Positions 1-43,618 of a stretch of 64,000 nucleotides of DNA are shown piece after piece. The DNA comes from Amoebidium appalachense. Taxonomy: Eukaryota; Protista; Ichthyosporea. The position numbers were made by a program, and so were the translations under genes. The stretch lies in contig CAVNZM010000005.1 in NCBI GenBank assembly GCA_963693365.1, positions 4,153,716-4,217,715 on the forward strand, written 5' to 3'. The notes under the pieces were generated by a model. It was given only the letters and a program-made list of their open reading frames with translations, was not told the DNA's origin and made no database searches. The first letter of the stretch is position 1; the number at the start of each line of letters is the position of its first letter.

Positions 1-37
1 CCCTTTTGCCCCTCACCCCCCCCCCCCCCCCTCCCCG

Positions 38-68
<31 letters not shown>

Positions 69-206
69 TGCCCCACAAGGCCCCCCAAAAAACACAACCC
101 TCAACCCTCCACACAAACACACACGGCACCCAAACCGCACCTACCCCACCCGGCAAAAAGGGCAGAATGAAAACCACAAACAAACATTTTGACCGCGACG
201 TCCTAC

Positions 207-11114
<10,908 letters not shown>

Positions 11115-11915
11115 GCTGAGCGTGCAGATAACAAAACGTTCAGAGATGGCGTGGAGAAACTGCACAGTCACGGTCGCGTCACCGAGCCCAACACTTGTGA
11201 ACCTCCGCGTCCCGTCTCTCCCGGTGTGCAGGTGCACATTGTGAACTTGTGCCGCAGCCGGCGTGCGGCTTTTGAACCCTGGGCGCTGCTTTTTGCATTC
11301 TTTGCTCACGAATCACTTTACGTCACGACGCGCAGTAGCCTTATATGGCTATTGAACCTTATTCTGCATTCTTTCCCCACGCGAAGGCGAGAGGTCTGAG
11401 CCGATCCGTACTCAACGGTATTATGTACTGCAAGCAAAAGAAAAGGAAAACATTCGACTTCGCGGCTTATTATGAACTATGCAATTTCTAGTGCTTTATC
11501 TCTCCCAAATTTGTAGCCCCAACAGCTAGTAGAGTCATGAACACGCAGCGGACAGTTGTTTTCCTTTCGAAATCCTTAGAGCTTGGCTAGCGGTGAGATT
11601 ACTATGAGCTCAAGTCCGTTCTCGTTGGTTGGACTCAAAGCCGCTAGATGCAAACGTGCAACGACATAAATCATGGGACTCGGGAGTATGCAGCCATTTC
11701 ATTCAGGGCCAGACCATTAGAGATAATAAGCACATGATAACCGTTATATTGCTGTTAATTGTTTAGAATAGTGTTATGTATACAGTCTTGGCAGGGAAAA
11801 GGCTCGACAGTCGAATGGTAGCTGTACACGGTTAATTCAAGTGTTTGTTGTACAGTTTGACACCGATTCGCTTAGAGTCATTGATTACTTAAACATTGTG
11901 CTAAAACCCTAACTC

Positions 11916-11978
11916 ATTGGCTTAAACAAGATTTTGGCGGAGCTGACATCCAATCAGAAAACCCAAAAAGTGACGTCA
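11916..11978. promoter_or_regulatory. CCAAT boxes and a CRE palindrome in the divergent lipase/EXD2 promoter
   Basis: ATTGG at 11916, CCAATCA at 11950, TGACGTCA at 11971-11978, in a microsatellite-free region ~130 bp upstream of the ATG at 12109. Confidence 0.55.
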
Positions 11979-12108
11979 CTTTGGAGCGCGGGCGGGCGGT
12001 TCTCGCCTCATGATACCGGTGGCAGCGTGACATGTTGGTGTTACTTCCGTATAGGATTAGGCCTAGGTGCCCCTACCTCATCCTCTAGACTGTACTAAAG
12101 CATACGTT

Positions 12109-27679
<15,571 letters not shown>

Positions 27680-28870
27680 GAAGCTGCCAAATATGGCAAC
27701 ATTAAATCTTGACAGACTCAGTGATGTTGGGTTCGTTATTGTTTGTTTGTTCTTTCTCTCCCTTTCCATCCCATGTATGTGGGGTTCGGTGGTAGAAATT
27801 CTCTTGCTCTTGTGCACGAATGTTGTGGCCGCCCCCCCCCCCCCCCCCCCCCCCTTTTTTTTTTTTGTTTGTTTATTTGTTTGTTTGTTTGTTTGTTTGA
27901 CATTTGAACTGTTGCTTGGCTGTCTTTCGAAGTGTGTTTTCCTCTCGGTTTTCATTTTGCAAGTCTCACACCGGCAAGCTGTCACTAGTGGTAGGGCACG
28001 CTCCCGTTATGTATAGATGATCAATATTGGTGATTGGAAGATTTGACTTTGTCTGGCATCGTTGATATCATAGACGTGGGGGACCCACTAACTGTCCCGT
28101 TAATTAGGGACCAATAGGATGTGGTTTAAATCTTGATCGTCGGTTGCAAGCTGAGATCAAGTAAGCGTACGAATGAAGTGATGTATGTATGTAACTGATG
28201 TAACCCATCTGCATGTGCAGTAGAGCAGCCTGTTCATTAATATAGTCATTTTAAGGTGAGCTACCCATGAACATGGTTGTGCTCAAAAGTAAAGAAAATA
28301 ACAAATGAATGATGTTGCGGACAGATCTTGAACCTCCAAACTCGACGAGTGAATGTTGACAAACGTACACACTACCCATCACCATGTCGATCATGCATGT
28401 ATGCATGGAATATCATGACTGAGTCTCTATATAAACTTCCCTGGCATATGTTCATTTTTGACGGTGAATGTGTAGATGGGGAGAAGGTGGAGCAGGAAAA
28501 AGGGGGGGGGGGGGGGGGGGGAGGCATGCCGTTTGAGGTGGCCCACTGCAAATTCAAGTGTGTACATATGTAAACTCTCAGGAGAGGAGTGTGCTTCTGA
28601 TAGTGTATATGCATATGAAGGTTTGAGCAAGTCAGAAGTTTAAGTGTGAGTGTGGGTGAACGTGAGACAAAATGTGAGGGGGTAGCAGGGGTAGCTGTAC
28701 GTGTATCTGCAAGTGTACATGTGAGCGTGCAGATTGTTTTCGTATGATGTATGAGGTGTGGGTGGGTGTGGGTGGGTGTGTGTGTGTGTGTGGGTAGGTG
28801 GGTGGGTGTATGTGTTCGTGTTTGTGTATATGCGCGTGCCGTGTGCACGTGTGTGTGTTAGCGAGAGAGA

Positions 28871-28920
<50 letters not shown>

Positions 28921-29332
28921 GAGTGAGAGAATATGTGTGTGCGTGGCGGTGGTGGTGTGGTATGCGTGCGTGTTGGGGAGGGAGGGGGAGGGCAGGGGGG
29001 GGGGGGGGGGCACTGCGTGCCTGTGTGTGTGGTGGGTACTCCGTGTGGGGAGGGGAGGGGGGGGGAGTAATAGAGACTGCAGGGGATGCTCAGGTTAAAC
29101 TCAACAGACACACATTTTCAGTCTTGAGCAACAAAAAACCAGCTGAATTTAGTTTTTGCAAACCCTTCTATTTATACACACACAAAACAAGCTCCCAACC
29201 GCACCTCCAAACCGTACGTCTATATCTATGTGCACACATACCAACACTACAAAACCTAAGTAGCAACACAACCTGTCCCGGCCGCCTTTATTCAAACAGC
29301 AACTTAGTAACATACAGTGACCCATAACCATA

Positions 29333-30232
29333 TTAGTTCATGCCGTGCATTTCTCTTCTGTGTGCAGTCAGTTCCCCCTTCATGTTACAAGCAAAGTTGC
29401 AACTTCCCAACGATTCATCACAGAAATACCTAAAGCCATGGTGCCTGTAGTGTACCGTAATGATCCTTTTTCGGTCGTGGCTAAAATTACACCCGTTTAT
29501 GTTGCACGTGTATGCCTTATCCCCTGTGTGAAACCTGACGTGTTTTTTTAGGTTAAACGAATTCATAAACCTTGAACCACACCCTTTTTCTGGGCAGAGG
29601 AACGGTCGATCCCTACACTCCACTTCACCCCATCCTGAAGAAGACAAAGAGGAAACGGACTCTGTTGATTTTTGGGGTGTCGGTTTCTTTCGCTTTTTGG
29701 CATCTTGGGCGTATTTGTGTTTCCTATGCACGTGTCTCCATAGGCTGGCATGGTGCGCGTATTCCTTTCCACAGCCCTTATATGCACACTTGTAAGTCAT
29801 GGCTTCCGTTTCTTCCCCACTGTCTTCCCCATCCTCTGCCTCCGATCCTTCCCCATTTTCGCCTCCATCTTCGTTCCTTGTATCTGTATCCCCCTCCTCA
29901 CCCTCTTCGTGTTCTTGGACGTGTTTATCCAGGAGTTCCTTTGTCAAATAGACCCAACCACACCATCCTATAGTACATTTGAAAAGAACGTCCGCTTTCT
30001 CGCCCCCACCTTCTGATGAATCATGGTCAATTTCCTTGTTGTCTCCTGCAACAGCTTCATTCTTTAGAAAAGACGCGTTAGCACAGCAAGTTCCGGCTCT
30101 ACTAAAACATGTTGCCCTGTGTGTTCTAAGGAGGGAAAAGTCCGTGAAGGCTTTGTTGCAGCCCGGACGATCGCACAGTTGGGTGGGTTGGCTCGGGACG
30201 TCAGCAGAAGGTGGTGATGAGGTGGTGGCCAT
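29333..30232 (-). CDS. Intronless C2H2 zinc-finger protein (~6 fingers), paralogue 1
   Basis: ORF from MATTSSPP with CxxxxC...HxxxH fingers (CAYKGCGKEY...HVHRKH, CPEKGCGSRF...HVRFH) and an HTGDKAY linker. Confidence 0.92.
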   Translation of the reverse strand: MATTSSPPSADVPSQPTQLCDRPGCNKAFTDFSLLRTHRATCFSRAGTCCANASFLKNEAVAGDNKEIDHDSSEGGGEKADVLFKCTIGWCGWVYLTKELLDKHVQEHEEGEEGDTDTRNEDGGENGEGSEAEDGEDSGEETEAMTYKCAYKGCGKEYAHHASLWRHVHRKHKYAQDAKKRKKPTPQKSTESVSSLSSSGWGEVECRDRPFLCPEKGCGSRFMNSFNLKKHVRFHTGDKAYTCNINGCNFSHDRKRIITVHYRHHGFRYFCDESLGSCNFACNMKGELTAHRREMHGMN

Positions 30233-30790
30233 GGTGCGTGTGTGTGCTAACGTGTGTGCGGTGTGCGCGCGCGCGCGTGTGTCTGTGTGTGCGTGTGTGT
30301 GTGTGTGTGTACAGGGTGTGCGCGTTGCGTGTGTGCGTAATGTGCGTATCACAGCAAGCAGGTGTTGCAACACACTAATTTAAACTGTAGTTTGGGAAGT
30401 GACCGTCTCTAAACATCATGTATTGATGAACCTTCTCATTTTCAAAGGCTTTCGAGTCAAGACTTGGGGGTTTTTTTTTGTGACCTTCCAAGTTCCGGCT
30501 GTGAGCTCTGTGAGCCACACGAAGCCGCAAGCATGATTGTGAACCAATGGACGCTATCCGTCGCACATTACCATTTTAAGCCTGGTTTATGATGTTTTCA
30601 TTGGTAGGTGGGTGCTACTGCTAAATACTACTTGAACTGCACTCTGCCCCTGAATTCATGAAGGTTTTGTTTTGTGTTTTTTTCTTTCGAAATTTATGGT
30701 TATGTAGTCAATAGTCAAAACCATATTTGTGCATCAATCCTCCCCCCCCCCCCCCCCCTCCTCCCCCCAAAATCCCCCCTTCCCCACTCC

Positions 30791-30838
<48 letters not shown>

Positions 30839-30875
30839 CCCCCGGGGCCCCACCACCACCATGTGCACTTGGCCA

Positions 30876-30955
<80 letters not shown>

Positions 30956-31208
30956 GATCTCCTAGGCCTCCCAGCAATAAAGGCAAAGGTTGCTTAACGC
31001 CGTTAATTAATAGGAGGGAGAGGGGTGGGGGGACGAGGGGGTGGGGGGGTGGGGGGGCCGGGAGGGGGTGGGAGAGAGGGGGGCTTTAATGAATCCAAGG
31101 GAAGGAGGGGGGGCCCGAGAACTTGGCCGGGGGGCCGGGGGGGGGGGGGGGGGGGGGGTCCCGGAGACGGAGTGGGGTGAATGACTTGGGATTATATGGG
31201 GGTTTAAG

Positions 31209-31335
31209 CCGGTGCTGGATTCGGCCGGGCAGCTAGGGGGGTTCATACGGTCGTGCCAGGCAGCACTTTGTCGACAGACTGCGGCCCAAACACCTCAACC
31301 CAACATGGAAGGTGGACTATGACCTGCCTGATTAG
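31209..31335 (+). pseudogene. Orphan duplicated terminal exon of the EXD2-like gene
   Basis: Close match to 27560-27679 with indels in the 5' part and a disrupted acceptor; no upstream exons in the duplicated block. Confidence 0.85.
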
Positions 31336-32851
31336 GAAGTTGCCAAATATGGTATGCATGCTCTGATGTCGGGCTGAATGGTGATTGGAGCGCCACAAAG
31401 AGTGGCAGTGTGTACCATATTGGTGGAACGAAGACGGGATGAACACATCTCCGAGCTGCGTTCAGGTTTTTTTATTTAGGGCCCTTGTTTCCTTGGCGCT
31501 ATATGTGGGGTTCGGTCGGGAATTCACTTGCATTTGTGCACGAATCTTGTGGGATTTCCCCCTTCCTTCCCTCCCCCCCCCCTTCTCCCCCCCCCAACCC
31601 CCCTCCCCCCACCTCTCCTCCTCCTTCTCCTCCCCCCCCCCCCCCTCCCCCCCCCCCACACACACATCTCCTCCGCATCCCCCCCCCCCTTTTTATTATT
31701 ATTATTTTATTTTTATTTTATTTTTTATTTATTTATTTTGGGGGGGGGGGGGGGGGGGGGGGGGAAGGGCGGGGGGCATTTTGAACTATTTCTTGGCTGT
31801 CTTAAGCTTTCGACTCGGAATTTTTTTTTTCCGGTTTTCATTTCGCAAGTCGACGTCTCGCGCGCGAGCTGCCACTGGTAGTCGGGCAAACTCTCGTTTT
31901 GTGTAGATAATATATTTTGGTAATTGAAGATTTTAGATACTATTAGCGATAAATATGTAACTTGATGGACGCGTGGGGTCACTAATCGTCCCGTAGCTGC
32001 CGTTAATTTCTGAGCCAATAGGATGTGTGTGTTAGAGCAGACGTGAGTAGATATATGTGCATGAAGCTGATCATTGAACCGACGTGCAGTGGATTAGACT
32101 GTGCATTAGTCATTGTAGCAAATGAAAGGCGAGATATCCATAGACATGGATGGTATGCCAAATAAAAAAGAATAAAATTGCAGACAGAACATCCAAAGTT
32201 AACAGACAGTGCATACTTACAAACGACGCCGTGCACACTACCAATACATATGCATCATTTCATGACTCCATACTGATAATCATTCCGACACCAGTTCATT
32301 TTGGTGCGGCCTATGTATGTGTGAATATCGATTAGGAGTTGGGGGGGAGGGAAGGGGGGCCCCAGGGGATGATGGGGCGGAAGGGGAGGTGGGGGGGGGG
32401 GGGGGGGGGGGGGGGGGGAGAGGATCCAACCAACAAAACCCTATAGTGCCAAGGACCGGCTTCGGCCCAAAAAAAAAACCCCCCCTTTAAAATTTTAGGA
32501 ACCTTTGGGGGGGGGGGGGGGGGGGGGGGGGGGAGCTTTCAGCCCGAGATGTCCCACTGCAAACTCAAGTGTGTGCATGTGTATAGGGGAGAAAGGGTGT
32601 GCTTACTAAAAAGGGTGAGCTTGCTGCTTGTGTGCATGACTCAGGTGTGAAGAAGTCAACAGTATGAGTGTGCGAGTGATCCTGGTGAGACTAGTAGTTC
32701 TGAATGTTTGGTGGGGCAGGAGGGGGGGCTATGTGTGTAAATGCATGTGTGCATGTGTGTAAGTGTGTGGGATGGCGTCGTTTCAAATTGGTATATGATG
32801 TGTGTGTGTGTATGTGTGTGGTGGTGGTGGTGGTGGTGTGTATGTGTATTT

Positions 32852-32882
<31 letters not shown>

Positions 32883-33474
32883 CTCAACCGAATGTAAATT
32901 AGGTGATATTACGCTTGTCGTGGTGCGTGGTAAGGAGAAACCCAGGATGGGGATGGAGGGAACCGTGATCCCGAGGGGACGGGGGGGGGGGGGGGGGGAG
33001 GGGGGGGGGGGGGGATGTAAAATTACAAGAGTCACCGCCCAGTTTAAGGTTAGCCTGCGCAGATACCGTGACTTTCTCAAACCTAGAAATCATTCATCAT
33101 TGAAAACCAACCGAGCTTTGTTTTTCGGAATTCCTTTATTTCTCGCCTTATGTACAGCAACTCAAAAGTAACTCTCTGTCAAGACTGCAACACCGTAACC
33201 TACAGATACACATCGATGCATTATATTCTTTATGTTATGTCGTTGGGCAGGAATGGGTGGGAATGTGTGTGTGTATACGTATTGATATGCACGTGGGCAT
33301 GCAATATTAAAAGTCAAAGGGAGGGAGGGGTGGGCGGGGGCGGGGGGAGGGGGAGGGGAGAGGTGGGGGGAGGGGGAGGGGGGAGGGGGCTGGGGATCAA
33401 GAGAGAGAGACAGAGGAGGGAAAGAGAGAAAGACCTTAATTTGTGTGAAGCCGGGGGGGGGGGGGGGGGGGGAG

Positions 33475-33600
<126 letters not shown>

Positions 33601-33721
33601 ACTTTTTTGTGCGGAGGCGAGGGGCCTCTGCGTTTAGTTATAATAATGTGTGTGTGTGTGTGTGGGTGTGTGTGTGTGTGCGCGCGCGCGCCCTTGAGCA
33701 ACGGTGTGTGTTTGTGTATGT

Positions 33722-33785
<64 letters not shown>

Positions 33786-33801
33786 GCGTGTGTATGTGTG
33801 T

Positions 33802-33838
<37 letters not shown>

Positions 33839-34057
33839 TATGTGTATGCATGCGAGACGCTCCATGCACGCGCCGGGTCATCATTATTAGTATCTTACGT
33901 CCATACAAGCAAAACACACTCCCAACAACACTTCATTCTTACATACAACTATACTTTTACACAGGCATCTACACCTTACAAAGTCTTAACGCCATCATCA
34001 CATACACCTACCCCTTCTCTTCATCCCACACGTAGATTACAGTGACCCCTAACCATC

Positions 34058-34900
34058 TTAGTTCATGCCGTGCATTTCTCTTCTGTGTGCAGCCAGCTCC
34101 CCCTTACGGTTACAAGCAAAGTTGCAGCTTTCCAACGATTCATCACAGAAATATCTAAAGCCATGATGCCCATGGTGGACCGTGATTACCCCCCTTCGGT
34201 CATGGCTAAAATTACACCCGTTTATGTTGCAAGTGTATGTCTTATCCCCTGTGTGAAATCTGATGTGTTTTTTTTGAGCAAACGCGTCTGTAAGCCTTAC
34301 ACCACACCCTTTTTCTGGGCAGGGGAACGGCCGAAGTCTACGATCTTCTTCGCCCTCCTCAGAAGAAGGCGAAGAATAAGCGGACTCTGTCGGTGTTTTG
34401 GGTGTCGCTTTCTTTCGCTCTTTGGCGTCTTGGCCTTTTTTGTGCTTGCTATTCACATGTCTGTATAGGCCCGATTTGAAGGTGTATTCCTTTCCACAGC
34501 CCTCGTACGAACATCTGTAAGGCCCGGTTTCCATGCCTTCCTCGCTGCTTTCCTCGCTCATGTTATCACCCTCCTCACCATGTTCCTGTTCCTGGACGTG
34601 TTTATCCAGGAGTTCCTTTGTCAAGTAAACCCATTCACACCGTCCAATAGTACATTTGAAATGACCGTCCGTATCCTCGCCCCCATCCTCCTGGTCAATG
34701 TCCGTGTTGTCTCTTTCTCCAGCTTCATTCTTTATAAGAGACGCATTAGCACAACAATCTCCGGCTCGACTAAAACATGATGCTCTGTGTGATCTAAGGA
34801 GGGAAAAGTCCGTGAAGATTTTGTTGCAGCCCGGACGATCGCACAGTTGGGTAGGATGGCTCGGGATGTCAGCAGAGGGTGGTGGTGTGGTGGTGGCCAT
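34058..34900 (-). CDS. Intronless C2H2 zinc-finger protein, paralogue 2
   Basis: ORF from MATTTPPP, collinear with paralogue 1, same C-terminus AHRREMHGMN. Confidence 0.92.
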   Translation of the reverse strand: MATTTPPPSADIPSHPTQLCDRPGCNKIFTDFSLLRSHRASCFSRAGDCCANASLIKNEAGERDNTDIDQEDGGEDTDGHFKCTIGRCEWVYLTKELLDKHVQEQEHGEEGDNMSEESSEEGMETGPYRCSYEGCGKEYTFKSGLYRHVNSKHKKGQDAKERKKATPKTPTESAYSSPSSEEGEEDRRLRPFPCPEKGCGVRLTDAFAQKKHIRFHTGDKTYTCNINGCNFSHDRRGVITVHHGHHGFRYFCDESLESCNFACNRKGELAAHRREMHGMN

Positions 34901-34901
34901 G

Positions 34902-35019
<118 letters not shown>

Positions 35020-35654
35020 AGTGTGTATGCGTTGCGTGTGTGTGTATTGTGCGCGTCACAGCAAGCAGGTGTAGCAAAACACTATCCTAAAAGCCTAAAC
35101 TGTACCAAGCCTGGGACAATCCATCAGACGAGGCTGAGCCAGTTTTTTTTTTTTTTGGCCCTCCGAGTTGCTCGTTCGGACTGAAGCTGCCGTGGGTTCA
35201 AGTGTACTGCACTACTGTCACTGAGCGAGGCTGCAAGCATGATTTTGAACCAATGGACACTATCCGGCTCATTACCATTTTTAGCCTGGTTTACGATGTT
35301 TTGATTGGTGGGTGGGTGGTACAACTCCCTACCAGTGCATGCACGCCTTGCAAGGCCTAGGGCCTTAGGGGTTTACACACTTTTTATTGCGTGGACACTG
35401 CCGGAGGCCCAGCCACATTCGACAGGGCTTTATGTAAACGCTTTTTTCCCTTTTCCGTTCGAAATTTATGGTTCAAATATGAAGGCCACACACAACAGTG
35501 CATGCCTTACCCTGCAGAATAGACTTACAATAGGGCACCAGGCCAAACCTAAAACCCCCAGGCCAAGGTGCATTACATAGCCAAAAACCCCGTCTGCCTT
35601 AGGGCATTCGCACATGGTTGAATTAACATTCGTGCATCATTTCTAATCGCAACC

Positions 35655-36015
35655 TGCCAATTTTCTGCCTAGGCCTATATTGCAGTCTTCCCCCCCCCCC
35701 CCCCCCCCTCTTCCCCCGACATGCACACACACAAACACACACACACACACACACATCAAACCAAAAAACTAACAAACAAACAAACAAACAAAAGGCTTGT
35801 CAGGAAGAGAACTGGTAAGAAAAACCATGTTGTGTGCCAATTTTCTGCCTATATTGCAGTCTCCCCCCCCCCCCCCCCCCCCCCCCCCTTCCCCCGACAT
35901 GCACACACACAAACACACACACACACACACACATCAAACCAAAAAACTAACAAACAAACAAACAAACAAAAGGCTTGTCAGGAAGAGAACTGGTAAGAAA
36001 AACCATGTTGTGTGC
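35655..36015. repeat. ~180-bp tandem duplication containing C-run and (CA)n
   Basis: TGCCAATTTTCTGCCT...CAGGAAGAGAACTGGTAAGAAAAACCATGTTGTGTG occurs twice. Confidence 0.9.
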
Positions 36016-36327
36016 AGAAACGGAACACCCGGCCATGCACCTACGCATCGATATCAGCAGAATGTTATTTAAAAATAAAAAAATCTAGCACAAATTGAAT
36101 GCAACTCAGGCAACCCTAATTGCTCGTCTCTAAGGCGCAGATGCATGCCAGCTGTACGTGTACACTTGGCAATGCGTATATGCATGTGCCTTTTGAGGAA
36201 AGAATGATTATTATTCTATATTAGGAAATCATGACTAAATAAAAGTAATGCATGAATGCCAATAAAATCAACCGAAAGTGCTGAAAAGGCAGGCGATAAA
36301 CATGGGTACATTTCAAAAACCTTACGA

Positions 36328-40477
<4,150 letters not shown>

Positions 40478-40643
40478 TTTGCTTCTCCCTGAAGTTACAC
40501 CCGGTTCATGTACGTTGATCTAAAACCTCCGGACCCGTCCTCGAACAGAAAAAAATCGTTTGAAATTCTGCCCACTCTGCATGCATGATAGCTGCTACTT
40601 GAGATCTCAACAGAAGAAATGAAAGGTAAACCCCAAGAGTGAC

Positions 40644-40713
40644 TGACGTAAGTATACAGCTTTTGATTGGTTATCTGCGCATCAGAAAGTCACGGGTGCG
40701 GCTATCCACCAAT
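40644..40713. promoter_or_regulatory. CRE-like site and two opposed CCAAT boxes in the divergent PPIL3/SPTSS promoter
   Basis: TGACGTAA at 40644, GATTGG at 40665, CCAATCA at 40709. Confidence 0.55.
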
Positions 40714-41182
40714 CAAATCGTCGCTGCCAAATCGAATGATCATCATGGATCATGTTCCACAGAGCACACAGGTTACTGCAAAAGTAGGGGGTGTTTGTGT
40801 TCGCCAACGGTTACTGTTCAAAGATCCAAAGGATTACACTTAGCTGGAATACCTTTTTACTATCTTTAACTTTACTTAAAAGGCTTTGTCTTTTGTGAAT
40901 TCTTTTTTTGGGCCTTTTTTTTGCAGATGAAACCTTAACAGGGTTGTTTTAAAGATTATTAGGACAGTTGGAACACAGGGCGATACCGGTTACCTCAGCA
41001 GGCAGGGTAAAGTTAGTGCACACGTCCAAAACAACGCTTGAACGTGATTTTCTAAGCATCAAACCCTCCCTTCGTTACACGTACAGACTGTCACCACCGC
41101 TTTTTGCCTCTGGTTTGCCCCAAAACCAGATCTTACACATTACCTAGTTATTCCAAGTCGCATAACAAGAACACAATCGAAT

Positions 41183-43068
41183 ATGCCGCCTACAACAAGA
41201 AAATCGGCAAAGGCAGCCGAAGAAGCGAAATCAGCACACACAGATAAAGCGGCAGAGGCACCTTCCACGCCAGTAACGAAGAAAACTCAGGCAAATGTTA
41301 CATCATTTAACACAGCAAACGGAAGTAGCAGGCCTATACGTACCACCAAGCCTGGGCCGGTGAAGAGAAACTGGTTTCAACTCAAGAAGTACCAGTTTGA
41401 GGTGTCTATTGGCACGTACATGTTGGAGCCATGGGAGAGGCGTCTGTTCAGTATCCTTGAATGTCATGTGCCTAATGCTTGGAGTTGGTCAATGTTTTCT
41501 GGCTTGGGTCCGTGTAATGTGTGCTCTTGAATAGGTGTAGGTGCGGGTCTGTCGATGGGCGTGTGAGTGTGTTTGCGTACTTGGGTCTGTGCGGGTCTAT
41601 GTTACGTGCTTACCCATGTTTACGAGTGCTCTCTGTTGGTGGCTCTGTGGTGTTTACCCTGATAGGTGGCATGTGTTCGTCTCTATTCTTAACATATGGA
41701 ATGTTGACTGTTCTTGTGGGTGGGTTTGTAGATTTGTGGGGATGATGATCTTTTTGCAGTTATATTATGTGGTGTGTGTTGGACGGGGATTTTTTTTTGT
41801 GATATGTGACTTGTTTTTATGTGCAAGCAGGCGCACAAGTCATCGTTTGTGCAAACGGGGGGGGGGGGGGGGGGGGGGGGGGGGCTAACATTTATGTACC
41901 ACCCCATGTGTTTGGGATGGTTGTGCTCGTGAGGGATGTGCTGTGGGTATAATTGGAGGTAGAGAAAGGGGGAGACTGCTTTGTTTGTGGTGGGCACGGG
42001 AAGGTTCGTGAGGTGGTTCATGTACAAAACACAGGGGGCCCGGGGGAGGAGGGGCGAGTGGGGGGAGGGGGGGGGGGGAGGGAGGGGGGAGGGGGGAGGA
42101 AGAGATAGAGAGTGAGGGAAGAGTCCGGAGGGGGTTTCGGGGAGAGGGGGGGAGGGGTGGAAGAGGGGGGAAGGAGGGTAGGGGGGGGGAGTGGGGGTGT
42201 CTTTGCGGTAAAGGGGGGGGGGGGGGAGGGGGTTGAGAAGGCGGGAGGGGAAACTGACGTGACCGTGGCTGCGTATTTGTGGCATTGGGGTGGAGTTATG
42301 GGAATTGTCAAAGTTTTCAGGGGTTTCCTGTTGCTGTCCGTAGGGTTTATGTTTTATGTGTGTGTGTGTAAGGAGGGGAAAAGTGGGGGGGGGGGGGGGG
42401 GGAGGGGGGGGGGAGCAGGGAGGGAAAGAGGGGGGGAAGGAAGGGGGAGAAGGCTCTTGTATTAAAGTTAGGGAGGGGACGGGGAGAGGGGAGGTTAAAT
42501 CAAAATTGTTGAGGCCACTGTAAAAGCTTAAGGACAAAGGGTTCATTTTGAAATTTCACTATGTAATTGATCAAATTTCATATGTAGGATTATCGGCCCC
42601 CACTGAGTATCGGGAGTTAGGGAGTATGGGGGATTACGATCTGCCGTTATGCACATGCATGGTTCATGGCCGCACTCAATTTGATTGGTGGGGATATAAC
42701 GGACCAATAGTCTCATATACCATATATGGTATATGAGGAAATTTAGTTTTGAACCCTTTGTCCTTAAGGAGATGCATTTCTGTCTGCATGACTCGTGGTG
42801 TGTTGCATGAATGATGGTTGTGCTTGCTCTGAGCCACCTCTCTTGATTCACACCTCCACATGCCGCCTTGCATGTTCTATTAGTTTCCTCTTTCCACTTT
42901 TATTCGTTATTTCCTTAACCAATTGCAGATTTTCTCCTTCTGTGCCTGCTAACAGCAATGCTCTACGTGGCCGTTGGCTGGGTGCCTGGGTGGAGTGAAC
43001 GGCAGCAGAGAGCTCAGGAGGTGGCTGTGGCATGGGTCCAGAGACAGTGGCAGGCACTGAGGTCGTGA
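41183..43068 (+). CDS. Serine palmitoyltransferase small subunit (SPTSS-like), two exons
   Basis: Exon 1 (41183-41450) ends YQFEVSIGTYMLEPWERRLF; exon 2 (42929-43068) continues in phase as NFLLLCLLTAMLYVAVGWVP (transmembrane segment). YQ...YMLEPWER..FN is the family signature. Confidence 0.88.
41451..42928 (+). other. U12-type (minor spliceosome) GT-AG intron
   Basis: Donor GTATCCTT at 41451; branch site TTCCTTAAC at 42911-42919, just upstream of the AG at 42927-42928; splicing restores the reading frame. Confidence 0.92.
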
Positions 43069-43170
43069 AGAATTTGGGTTCAGCGCTTCATTTTTATTTT
43101 TGCTCTTTTTCTGTCTTGTGATCCCAAAATTTGTTGCAGTTAAAGAATGTTTTAAGGTCAACTCAGCCCG

Positions 43171-43202
<32 letters not shown>

Positions 43203-43576
43203 CTCATGTCTCGGTGTGTACGGGTACAGGTGATGGGTGAGGGAGAGGGGGGGGGGGGGGGGGGGGGGGGACACTCCTTTCCTGTATAGCACACTGTGTC
43301 ATATTGTGATTGGGTGGGTAAGGTAAAGGGTTATGAAACTTGAAAATAGTGGGCCGGGTAGTTGAAAGGGTTAGCTATTTGAGTTGTGGGCATATATGCG
43401 TCATATATGCATTTTTGTGCCTCGTTGTAATCAACTGATTCAGAAGTGTAACGGGCTTGCTACGAACACCTAGATTTAAAGCATAAGCAACCCAGACCTT
43501 AAATCCATATGGTAATTGGCCGGGGTTTGTGTGTGTGCACATGTGTGCGTAATTTATTTTTTATTTTTTTTTTTTT

Positions 43577-43618
<42 letters not shown>

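Noticed and set aside
30233-30373. N-terminal extensions of the zinc-finger ORFs (also 34901-35077)
   Set aside because: They begin at non-ATG codons and cross (CA)n repeats; conserved protein starts at MATT in both paralogues.
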